Below, piece after piece: positions 9,014 through 17,627 of a stretch of DNA of 64,000 bases. The notes under the pieces were generated by a model. The model was not told the DNA's origin. It did no database searches and worked only from the letters and a program-made list of their open reading frames with translations. Within the stretch, counting starts at the first letter, position 1, and each line of letters opens with the position of its first letter. Origin of the DNA: a virus (taxonomy: Duplodnaviria > Caudoviricetes); the IMG/VR virus record IMGVR_UViG_2706796186_000001, positions 32,001 through 96,000 of that record; one strand, 5' to 3'. A program made the position numbers and the translations under genes.

Positions 9014-9382
9014 ATGAAGCTGGACACCACCTCGCTGTTCAAACGGCGAGACAGTCGACCTATCACGTATCAAGAAGCGCATGACGAGCTACTCTCCACG
9101 TACGACGGGATACTCGGGTTAGAGACCGGTGAGAACAACATCAGTGTCTCTGACTTCGAGAACCCTATCAACCAGAGCTTGTATGAAATCTGGGCGACCA
9201 CGTACGTGCGTGAAGGTATCAAGGAACTGTTTGGTTACGACCTTGATACTTGGCTTGATAGGCCGCGTTGGAAGTTGATGAAGCATCTGGAAATCGCAAA
9301 ACGTCGTCGCGCTGAGCTAGACAATGCTAAGAAAGGCGCAATCCCGCCAGAACTTGAGAAAGAACTGAAAGGGCGCATCTAA
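9014..9382 (+). CDS. Hypothetical protein; probably the frameshifted C-terminal extension (GT-type) of 6951..8975
   Basis: No SD before ATG 9014; frame continuous with the -1 frame of the slippery site; FGYDLDTWLDRPRW segment resembles tail-chaperone C-terminal domains. Confidence 0.65.
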   Translation: MKLDTTSLFKRRDSRPITYQEAHDELLSTYDGILGLETGENNISVSDFENPINQSLYEIWATTYVREGIKELFGYDLDTWLDRPRWKLMKHLEIAKRRRAELDNAKKGAIPPELEKELKGRI

Positions 9383-9409
9383 GGGAGCTTCGGCTCCCTT
9401 ATATTTTTT
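9381..9409 (+). terminator. Intrinsic terminator
   Basis: AAGGGAGC-TTCG-GCTCCCTT then T-rich tail. Confidence 0.85.
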
Positions 9410-9441
9410 TGTTGTTATGAGACTCATTTTAGGAAACCGTC

Positions 9442-10296
9442 ATGACTGACTTATACGAAGACTATGCCGACACACTCGGTCTGGTGAGACAAGAAGGCCG
9501 TCTGGCCCCGGTGTTAGACTTAGTGTCGTTAGCTATCGAGTATGGTTACGATACGACGCTGATGGACATTTATACCGGTCAAATCCCGGACATGAACGAA
9601 GAGTGTCTGCGGCTGGAAGCGCTGATTAACCGTTGTGCCTGTGCATTGGCGCAGCGTCTGGGTGTGGGCTTGAACCCACAGGTGGCTTACCGTAAACCAA
9701 AAGAAGTCGTGCGCATCCTTCACGGCCTGACGTCTGCCTTCGAAGAGTTCGAAGACACCGATACCCTGTACGGGATTCTGTTGTCGGGTGAACCGCCTGC
9801 GTACATTCTGGAAAACATGGTGCGTTATGTGTACGGGGATAATGACATCCACTTCGAAGACCTTATTGTCGTGGTGGAGCCGCGTGTCATGAACGTGATG
9901 CGCAACTTCCTTGCAGCTACGTCTGCTGAACAGCAAGCCGAAGGTACCGATAACCCACGCACCCAACGTGTGGTGCAATACCTGCGTGTGTATCCGCAGA
10001 ACCCGTCGGCTTACGTGTTCCTGAACCTGAGCGACACCTCTGACATTAATAGCGTCATCAGTGCGCTGGATTTCAGTGAAGAGGGTGGTGTCGGGGAAAG
10101 TGAACTGCTCACCATCTACGCGGTAGGACTATCCATCATTGAGAACGATACCTTTGATGAAGCCTACGCAGCGCTGGAAGGGATGCTCGAGCTGATTAAC
10201 AGCGATGAAGCCCCAGAAGACCCTATCCTGCGGGATGGCTTAGCAGGCTTGAAATCAATTTACGGGGAAGAGGAGCAAACTGATGAACCGGATTGA
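9442..10296 (+). CDS. Acidic conserved phage protein, probably virion-associated
   Basis: 284 aa, AGGA SD, sits directly before the virion RNAP subunit as in phiKZ-like phages. Confidence 0.6.
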   Translation: MTDLYEDYADTLGLVRQEGRLAPVLDLVSLAIEYGYDTTLMDIYTGQIPDMNEECLRLEALINRCACALAQRLGVGLNPQVAYRKPKEVVRILHGLTSAFEEFEDTDTLYGILLSGEPPAYILENMVRYVYGDNDIHFEDLIVVVEPRVMNVMRNFLAATSAEQQAEGTDNPRTQRVVQYLRVYPQNPSAYVFLNLSDTSDINSVISALDFSEEGGVGESELLTIYAVGLSIIENDTFDEAYAALEGMLELINSDEAPEDPILRDGLAGLKSIYGEEEQTDEPD

Positions 10297-11581
10297 GTAT
10301 TTGATTGCTGCGTGTAATGCCGAGGCGTGGCGACGACTCGTCTGGCGTATTGGTTTGTTCAACGTCTGTATCTTTCCCGAAGCGCATGAGCGACCGGAAC
10401 AGTATGACCTGAACTTCATTGAAGGGATGGCGCATTACTGGGACGAGGTGAATGGCCACTGGGAGTGGGTGCCGATTAAGGACGCTGTAAAGGACGCTGA
10501 GCTGTTTGTGCCTGAAATGCGATTCCAGCTACCGGTTGGTGGTTATCCGGGCTTAGAGAGCGCGGTAGAGACGTCTGTGGGGCGTTACGTCCTGAACTGG
10601 ATCGTCATCTATTACGCTTTTGAGAAACGGATGCCGTATCTGGAAACTGGCCACCCGATGGACATCCGTAAAGAGATGTACAGTCGTTGTGTGGACTACG
10701 AGGAAGATGACCCGGAGAACGTGGGTGCTATCCGTCCGAGTATGGTTGACCGGTTCGTTAACGGTCTGGCCGAACTGGCCCCACTGGCCAAAGCGATTGC
10801 CCCGACCGGTACACTACGTTCATGGACGGTTCACCCCGACACGTACAAAATCCGTGATGCCCTGCTTGAGAAACACAAAGACGAACTGGATAACCCGGCC
10901 GTCATCGTGAAGATTGAACAGGCGCTGGATGAGCTCGATAGAGAGTGGTTGTCCGGTGACCAGTCTGTGCAGTATTACTCCTCGAAGAAATCCCGCATGC
11001 GCCGTCGTAAGCTGATGCTGATGTACGGGATTGAATCCGCCTTCCAGGAAGGCGCGGACTTTACCCTGATACCGAATGCGCTGGTTGAGGTGGATAAAGA
11101 AGGGCTCAAGAATTTGGTCGCGAAGTATAACTCGATTCGTGACGGGTCATTCTCCCGTGGTGCAGAAACCGCGAAAGGGGGCGAGCAGGTACGTATCATC
11201 CAGATGATTTTCCAGAACCACAAAATCGTGGAAGGTGATTGCGGCACGAAGCTCGTCCATCAGGTCTTTATCACCGAACTCAATGTGAAGCGTTATCTTG
11301 GCATGAACGCCATGGTCAATGGCAGGCTGACACCGATTACCGACGGCTTCCTGAAAGCCAATCTGGGCAAAATCATTAACCTGCGACGCCCCATCCTATG
11401 TCAGATGGGTCACGTTGACTGCTGCGCGGCTTGTGCCTCGAATGAGAAAGCCAAAGAACCGCGCGCAATTGCCGCCGATATTTCTACCGCGTTCTCAAAC
11501 GTCATGGGTGTGGCAATGGCAAAAATGCACGGTTCTGACACCGTGGTCGTCGAGTTCAAACCCAAACTTCACATCACTTAA
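10283..11581 (+). CDS. Virion RNA polymerase beta' fragment (phiKZ gp80-like)
   Basis: RGAETAKGG bridge-helix-like segment, GDCGT, LRRPILC..CCAAC zinc site; second beta'-like gene in the window. Confidence 0.85.
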   Translation: MNRIEYLIAACNAEAWRRLVWRIGLFNVCIFPEAHERPEQYDLNFIEGMAHYWDEVNGHWEWVPIKDAVKDAELFVPEMRFQLPVGGYPGLESAVETSVGRYVLNWIVIYYAFEKRMPYLETGHPMDIRKEMYSRCVDYEEDDPENVGAIRPSMVDRFVNGLAELAPLAKAIAPTGTLRSWTVHPDTYKIRDALLEKHKDELDNPAVIVKIEQALDELDREWLSGDQSVQYYSSKKSRMRRRKLMLMYGIESAFQEGADFTLIPNALVEVDKEGLKNLVAKYNSIRDGSFSRGAETAKGGEQVRIIQMIFQNHKIVEGDCGTKLVHQVFITELNVKRYLGMNAMVNGRLTPITDGFLKANLGKIINLRRPILCQMGHVDCCAACASNEKAKEPRAIAADISTAFSNVMGVAMAKMHGSDTVVVEFKPKLHIT

Positions 11582-11592
11582 AAGGATATATC

Positions 11593-12102
11593 ATGTCTCA
11601 GCCAGTTAAAGACACGAGCACCCAAAATGCTGCGCGTCCTGAAACCCTTTCCGTCACCGGTCCAACGTATGGCAACGATGAACAGAGTCAAGTTAAACTG
11701 ATTGCCGATATGCTGGACACTGCTGGTAACACCGTTGGCCGTAACAAGTCACCGAGTGCACAGAAGAAAGCGGAAGCGTACGGTCAGCTGCACAATGCGT
11801 TCCGTAACCTGTTCAAACTGCGTGGCCAAGCGTTCCTCGATGGCTTCGCATGTTTCGTAACCGCCGTGAACAAATACCCGGACGGGATTTTCTATCTGCC
11901 ACTGGTTAACGAAAACCTGTCAGACTTCAGCAATCAGGCTGAGCGTGAAGTGTTCATGATCTTCATCAACAACACCGTGCGCTTCGCGCGTTCTGCGAAC
12001 AAAGCGAGCTTCGGCCAGCTTAGCAACATCGATCGTCTGACCTCGCGGATGTCTGACCCGGAACTGCGCAGCTTGCTGCGTGCTGCGTTCCTCGTCGAAT
12101 AA
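11593..12102 (+). CDS. Hypothetical protein
   Basis: 169 aa, AAGGA SD, followed by terminator. Confidence 0.75.
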   Translation: MSQPVKDTSTQNAARPETLSVTGPTYGNDEQSQVKLIADMLDTAGNTVGRNKSPSAQKKAEAYGQLHNAFRNLFKLRGQAFLDGFACFVTAVNKYPDGIFYLPLVNENLSDFSNQAEREVFMIFINNTVRFARSANKASFGQLSNIDRLTSRMSDPELRSLLRAAFLVE

Positions 12103-12146
12103 AAAATAAAGCTACCTACTCCCGATGGAGTAGGTAGTCTTTTTAT
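12101..12146. terminator. Bidirectional terminator
   Basis: A-tract, CTACCTACTCC-CGAT-GGAGTAGGTAG, T-tract between convergent genes. Confidence 0.85.
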
Positions 12147-13924
12147 TAAAACCCTTGTGCGTATTCTTCAGCAGGTTCACTGTTGGCCACACGACGGTTA
12201 AACACCTCCAACACGTCATCCTTATCCGGTAACAGGAAGAAGGTGTTGGCAATGTCCATGGCATTCACACGACCGGCTGTCAGGTTCACACCGGTACGAC
12301 GACGTACCTCTTCAGACACCCCATTGATGAACAGCAGTTCAAAGATGGTGGTTTCACGAGACTGGTTCATCATGTTGGTCGCTGACGGATAAGCCTGTGT
12401 CAAGTCCGCATCTGCCGTCTGACCACGGAAGGCAGAATAGAACTGTGGCAGCTCCTTCAAGACATCCAACCCGTTCTCGGCATTCATACACGCCGTTAAC
12501 GTGACGATCCAACCGTCTGTCCCGATAACCTCCTCATCGTAGTTGTTACGCATCTCTGCACCCACACTGCCCGCCACGTAGCCTTGGGCTAACAGGTAGT
12601 AGGTGAAGGCGATACAGATACGCTTCGGTAACGACGGGAAGATGTCGTACATCGAGTAACCGGCCAAAATCGTTATCGCTGAGGAAAGGTCGTTGGTTTT
12701 CTTATCCAACAAGACAATCATCAGGTTATCGAAGATGTTATAGACACAATATTCCAACGGGAACTCTCGTTGGGCTTTTAAGTGCCAATCCAGTTTCTCC
12801 TCGTACGGCAATCCCGGTATGTCAAGTTTGTTCAGGCCCAGCTCTGAATCCAGAATCGCATTCAGTTTATAGCTGGGTCGCTGACCCTCATGCACACGCA
12901 GGGAGCGGAACAACACCATGGCATCCACGCAGAAGAACGACGCCATACAGTACAAGACGTGCCACTGCTGGCTCGGTGCTTTGGTAAGCGACTTGGACTC
13001 CGTCTTCTTCGACGCCAAATCTTTCTTGAACCACACCTTACGGTACTGCCTTGGCACATCCGGGTGACAGAACACGTCTTCCGGCTCGATACAGCCACGC
13101 TCTAACGCTTCCATCATACGGGTGATATCGAACTCGTGGTTCCATGCCACTAACAGGTCAGGCAGACGTGGGTGAATCTCTTCAAACATACGGACGATAC
13201 ATTGCGCCGAGTCTAAGCACTCGTAAGTGAAGATTTTGTAATCGGCAATGACGTTCTTCACTTTGACTTCGGTTTCGCCCGTCTTTTTATTTTTTTCTCT
13301 GAACTCAATCTTGCTCAGCAGTTCCTGCGCTTTGGCAACCAGGCGGTTATCCCAGTTCTTGCCGATACGCGCCACGTAATCCTTCGTGCAGAACATGTGA
13401 ATTTCATCGTCCAGTACAAAGGACATGATCCACGGGTCACGCGATTTGTCTTCTTCGCGTGTTTCTACGTCGTAGACACAGATGCGGTTCGGTGTGGTGC
13501 AGTCTTTGTACTTCGCCATGTACTTCTGTTTAATCCAGCTAGTGACCGGTAAGTCCGCCAGATAAACAAACGGGCTAGTACAGACCTGACGAAGACGCTT
13601 CTTCGGATCAGGGAAACGGGCACCCAGACCCATTTGCAATGTCTTGGCCATTAACGCATCGGTCGTCAATAACTCCTGACAACGCGACTTCAATTCGAAC
13701 TCTTTCTTTTCCTTGTGATTACGGTACGGCTCTTGCGTCACGTACACCGGACGCTTCACATTTTCACGCAGCTGAATACGCGGAATAAGCCGTCCATCCT
13801 TAGTATGGATGACCTCTTTAATGAGGACTAAGTCGTTTTCTCCGCTTTCGTCAGTGGCATAAGCGACGTGCTTACACTCCTTCGCTATGACGTCATCGGG
13901 GCTGAAATACATGTTGGTTTCCAT
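12146..13924 (-). CDS. Family B DNA polymerase, exonuclease + motif A subunit of the split polymerase (phiKZ gp82-like)
   Basis: ExoI VYDVET, ExoII AWNHEFDI, ExoIII YNIFD, motif A DADLTQAYPS near the C-terminus; no motif B/C. Confidence 0.88.
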   Translation of the reverse strand: METNMYFSPDDVIAKECKHVAYATDESGENDLVLIKEVIHTKDGRLIPRIQLRENVKRPVYVTQEPYRNHKEKKEFELKSRCQELLTTDALMAKTLQMGLGARFPDPKKRLRQVCTSPFVYLADLPVTSWIKQKYMAKYKDCTTPNRICVYDVETREEDKSRDPWIMSFVLDDEIHMFCTKDYVARIGKNWDNRLVAKAQELLSKIEFREKNKKTGETEVKVKNVIADYKIFTYECLDSAQCIVRMFEEIHPRLPDLLVAWNHEFDITRMMEALERGCIEPEDVFCHPDVPRQYRKVWFKKDLASKKTESKSLTKAPSQQWHVLYCMASFFCVDAMVLFRSLRVHEGQRPSYKLNAILDSELGLNKLDIPGLPYEEKLDWHLKAQREFPLEYCVYNIFDNLMIVLLDKKTNDLSSAITILAGYSMYDIFPSLPKRICIAFTYYLLAQGYVAGSVGAEMRNNYDEEVIGTDGWIVTLTACMNAENGLDVLKELPQFYSAFRGQTADADLTQAYPSATNMMNQSRETTIFELLFINGVSEEVRRRTGVNLTAGRVNAMDIANTFFLLPDKDDVLEVFNRRVANSEPAEEYAQGF

Positions 13925-13996
13925 CGGTTCTCTCTCATCGATCCGCCTCTATATTGATCGGTGGTGACGTAAAAACTTTTTAAAGGAACGTCTGAT

Positions 13997-15355
13997 ATGG
14001 GCTACTGGTCTAAGCACGCACAGAGCGTGAAAGAACTCAAGCGTGTTGCCGCTGAGTCAATTAAGTTTCAAGATAAGAAAAAACTGGCATCACTCGCCGA
14101 TATCGTTGCTAAGTTCCAGGCTGCGGGGGATTTCTCCGTGGCTGCATACGACACCTCCGGTATCAAAGAGTGGATTCAGAAAAACCACGGCATTGGCGTC
14201 GTCTTCACAAACGGGGCTGAACTGGGTCTGGAGTCGGAACTGTTTGCGGCGATTCAACCGCCACAGATTGATGCCAACAACCCGATTGTGGCGCAATTCC
14301 ACCGTGTGGTGTATCAGGGCAATAAAGACCTTGACCTGTACAGCAAGTTTATCAAAGACAACGAGCTGAATGGCGAGTTCGATGATAACAACGCGGTACT
14401 GAAAGGCGACCTGTCGAAAATCACCTCACCGCTTTACGTGACCCCACCGATCTTCAATGGTCGTGCCGAACTGACCGCGTATGAAATCGCCGCCATCATT
14501 CTGCACGAAGTGGGCCACGTCTACTATTACCTGCGTACGCTGATGCGTGGTGTGATAGTGAACCTGTTGGCGGATGCCGCGGCAAACCGCATGATGGAGA
14601 TGGATTCACCGCAAGAGAAACTGCGCGTAGTCAAAGACGTTGAACGTATCCTCGATACGAAAATCAACCAGCCGGAGACTATCTGTGACTCGTTCAAAAA
14701 AGAAAACATCTACATGCACCTCGTTACCCAGACACTGCTTGAGCGTCCGAACATCACCGGCGGTAAAGGGTTTGGTAACCGTAGCTGGGAACGTGCTGCC
14801 GATGACTTCTCTGCCCGAATGGGTGCTGCGCCTTACCTTGCGTCCGCGCTCTACAAGATGGAAATGAGCCAGTGGTGGATTCTGCGTCATAACTCGTACA
14901 CCAACATCTATACGCACCTGTTTGGCGAACTGCTGAACATGGCGGTGTTGATTGTGGGTGCAACTACACCATTCGGTATTGTGTATGCCTCGGTGATGGT
15001 TGCGTTCGGGTTAATCATCAACGACCCGGAAAACACCATTTACGATCCACCGCAGGAACGCTTCGAAACGCTGCGTCGCAATCTGGTCGAGGAACTGAAT
15101 GTCCTCAAAGGGTTGAACACCAAAGCCGCGAACGAACAACGTCAGCGTTGTTTGGACGGTATTGCCGGGCTTGACCAGATTCTGAAGACGGTCAAGGATA
15201 AAGATAACATCTATGCCTTCATCATGAAAACCTTGACGCCTGCGGGTCGTAAGGAACGTGCCGCGGTAGACTACCAGCGTGCCCTTGAAGGCTATATGTC
15301 CAACGACCTGCGTGTTGCCTCTGCGAAGATGTCTCAGCTGGCCAACGCTAAATAA
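13997..15355 (+). CDS. Virion head protein with M48-like zinc metallopeptidase motifs
   Basis: LHEVGH, WERAADDF, hydrophobic segment, candidate AAE-20 maturation site; head-gene cluster. Confidence 0.7.
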   Translation: MGYWSKHAQSVKELKRVAAESIKFQDKKKLASLADIVAKFQAAGDFSVAAYDTSGIKEWIQKNHGIGVVFTNGAELGLESELFAAIQPPQIDANNPIVAQFHRVVYQGNKDLDLYSKFIKDNELNGEFDDNNAVLKGDLSKITSPLYVTPPIFNGRAELTAYEIAAIILHEVGHVYYYLRTLMRGVIVNLLADAAANRMMEMDSPQEKLRVVKDVERILDTKINQPETICDSFKKENIYMHLVTQTLLERPNITGGKGFGNRSWERAADDFSARMGAAPYLASALYKMEMSQWWILRHNSYTNIYTHLFGELLNMAVLIVGATTPFGIVYASVMVAFGLIINDPENTIYDPPQERFETLRRNLVEELNVLKGLNTKAANEQRQRCLDGIAGLDQILKTVKDKDNIYAFIMKTLTPAGRKERAAVDYQRALEGYMSNDLRVASAKMSQLANAK

Positions 15356-15379
15356 CTTGATTACTGACAAGGTAAAATC

Positions 15380-15820
15380 ATGACGCATAAACTTTCTCTG
15401 AATTCCCTCGTGCTCGACTTCAAACGCGACAACGAAGGGAAAGGTGTGCAGGGCTCACAGGCACTGACCGCACTGGTGGCTTTCACGTTGGCTTACTCCG
15501 TCCGTTTGCCGGACAACGGCGCATACGGCTCTACAGAAGCCGCACAGGCGTTCCTCGTACCTATCATGAAGAACATCGTCTCGGATGTGAACGAGTTGTA
15601 CTGCGTTGACCTCGGTACCGTGCTGGACTTGACCTCTGCACTGTACTGCAACCGTTACGACAACGTCTGGGGTGGTCGCCGTGCGCTGGATGCGTTCTCA
15701 CCGAAAGCCGTCATTGACGAAGCGTACGGTGTGGATTGCTACCCGACCGTTCAACTGTGGGCTGAGCGTTTCTTCGAAACCGTTGGCTTCTACATCAGCG
15801 AAACAACTCAGAAGGCGTAA
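15380..15820 (+). CDS. Probable virion protein
   Basis: 146 aa in head operon, AAGG SD. Confidence 0.6.
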   Translation: MTHKLSLNSLVLDFKRDNEGKGVQGSQALTALVAFTLAYSVRLPDNGAYGSTEAAQAFLVPIMKNIVSDVNELYCVDLGTVLDLTSALYCNRYDNVWGGRRALDAFSPKAVIDEAYGVDCYPTVQLWAERFFETVGFYISETTQKA

Positions 15821-15823
15821 ACC

Positions 15824-17581
15824 ATGACCAGCATGACCGAAGTAGGTGGGCTGGTCTCTACCGCCCCACAGTGGCGTCTCGGTGAAATGGGCAACCTGCT
15901 CCAAGAGCACATGAACCACAAGATTGGCAGCCTCGACCAGCTAAACTTGTACATGCAGCGTAACGACGCTGACTTGCTCTACGGTAGCCGTATCCTTGCG
16001 CAGGTGGAAGCCATTCTGGATGATGTCCGCCGCCATGGGATTTCACGCGACCTTGCGGTTGCCGTGGAGTCTACCCGTCCGGGCACCATTCCAAAGAACG
16101 TGCAGAAAATCCTGACTTCCAACTACACCGGTACCCATCAACAGGAAACGGTTGCGGCACTGGAGTCGTGGAAAGAAGCCGGGCGTATGGGCCTCATTAT
16201 TCTGGTACTGACCGCCATCCTGAAAATCATCAGTTGGATTGTGGAGTCGGGCAAAGGGTATAAAGGTAACACCAACCCGAAAACTGCCGCAGACAAAGTC
16301 GAAGAATACAAAACCAAGACTGACGAGAAATGGCAAGCCGCCGCCGAAACACCTCCTCCGGCTCCGAAGTCCGTTAAGCCGGATGACTGGAAGCGTGAGT
16401 ATGAGTCGCTGGCAGATACCCTGACCTGCGCGTCTGTCAAAGCCGCGTATCTCGACGCTACCAAAGAGCTGTCCAGTCGTAGTCTGTCACAACTGACTGC
16501 GGCCGCACTGCGTTACGACGCGTTGATTAAGAACGCCAACGCAAGCGATTACGTGGACACGGTGACAGCGGTCTCTGGCCGTAACCCTATCGTACCCCTG
16601 CTGAAAGACGTGGCTTCGGGTGAGAAAGGGGCCGGGTCTGTCGGTGGTCTGGTCGCTGAACTGCTGCGCATGAACGTATCCGAAGGTATCTTCACACCGC
16701 AGGCTGCGGCGAAAGCATATTCGATGTTGCCAAAAGGCATGCACGAAGCAGGCGTTCGTATTCCTAACGAATCTGTCTTCCGCATGATGGCTAACCGTGC
16801 ACCAGAACTGAACAACTTCTTCCAAGCTGCCGGTAAAGGGTTCGATGCGCTGTCTTCGATGATGTCGCAGAAGCACGAGCAGAACAAATGGAATGACGAC
16901 GACCTGCACAAGCCGGGAACGGAATTTGCCCACGCGATGCGTTTCCTCAACGACTACCTTGCTACCGTAATTCCGGTCGTGAAAGGCGGGAAGTTCACTG
17001 CGGAAACCTCCCCGACAATTGCTGTGGTTGGCACACTGTCTGGCGGTGGCTTAATCGGTTACGACGAGCCTACGGAATTCCTCGGTAACACGGTGTTGGT
17101 GTGCGCGCAGTACGGTGCCTACCTGAACAGCAGCTTCCTCTCTTCCTACACAGAACGCCGTGGGTTGAACGATGACGAGGCAGGCGGTGTCTTGCAGGCA
17201 TTGGTGGTCATGGCCAACGGCCTGTCAACGAACAGTGGCGTCACAAACTTCAACGCGTACAGCAAGATGGAAGGTGAGGTGAAGACCCTCATCGACCGTA
17301 TTCAGTCGTGGGAGAAGTCCATGTCCCGTAGCCGTGAAGGCGCACATGCGTTGCAGGTGATTGGCGCAGGTCTGCTCAGCGTGATGATGGAAGAACGTTC
17401 CGACAGCCTGAATATGGGCCGTGAACTGTCAGCGGATTACAAAGACCAAGGCTCCGGTGATTTCTGGATGGGTCTGCGTAAGAACCTGAACTACATCCGT
17501 CGTATCTGCATGGGTACGGTTGGGATGCAGAACATCATCAGTAAAAGCCAGAACAACCCGTTCATCAAAGGCAAAAATTAA
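15824..17581 (+). CDS. Internal head / ejection protein with propeptide (SPN3US gp47-like)
   Basis: AVE and ALE motifs near residues 82 and 114, followed by hydrophobic MGLIILVLTAILKIISWIV. Confidence 0.65.
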   Translation: MTSMTEVGGLVSTAPQWRLGEMGNLLQEHMNHKIGSLDQLNLYMQRNDADLLYGSRILAQVEAILDDVRRHGISRDLAVAVESTRPGTIPKNVQKILTSNYTGTHQQETVAALESWKEAGRMGLIILVLTAILKIISWIVESGKGYKGNTNPKTAADKVEEYKTKTDEKWQAAAETPPPAPKSVKPDDWKREYESLADTLTCASVKAAYLDATKELSSRSLSQLTAAALRYDALIKNANASDYVDTVTAVSGRNPIVPLLKDVASGEKGAGSVGGLVAELLRMNVSEGIFTPQAAAKAYSMLPKGMHEAGVRIPNESVFRMMANRAPELNNFFQAAGKGFDALSSMMSQKHEQNKWNDDDLHKPGTEFAHAMRFLNDYLATVIPVVKGGKFTAETSPTIAVVGTLSGGGLIGYDEPTEFLGNTVLVCAQYGAYLNSSFLSSYTERRGLNDDEAGGVLQALVVMANGLSTNSGVTNFNAYSKMEGEVKTLIDRIQSWEKSMSRSREGAHALQVIGAGLLSVMMEERSDSLNMGRELSADYKDQGSGDFWMGLRKNLNYIRRICMGTVGMQNIISKSQNNPFIKGKN

Positions 17582-17627
17582 AATAAAAAGACCTACTCTC
17601 CTTCGGGAGAGTAGGCTTTCTTTTTTT
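17581..17627. terminator. Bidirectional terminator
   Basis: CCTACTCTCC-TTCG-GGAGAGTAGG flanked by A- and T-tracts. Confidence 0.9.

Noticed and set aside
8758-9084. 108-aa ORF in the +1 frame across the frameshift region
   Set aside because: No SD, Arg-rich junk composition, and it does not join the downstream ORF; the -1 frame explains the locus
12146-13924. DNA polymerase as a truncated pseudogene
   Set aside because: Intact ORF with a clean terminator; the split polymerase is normal for this phage family
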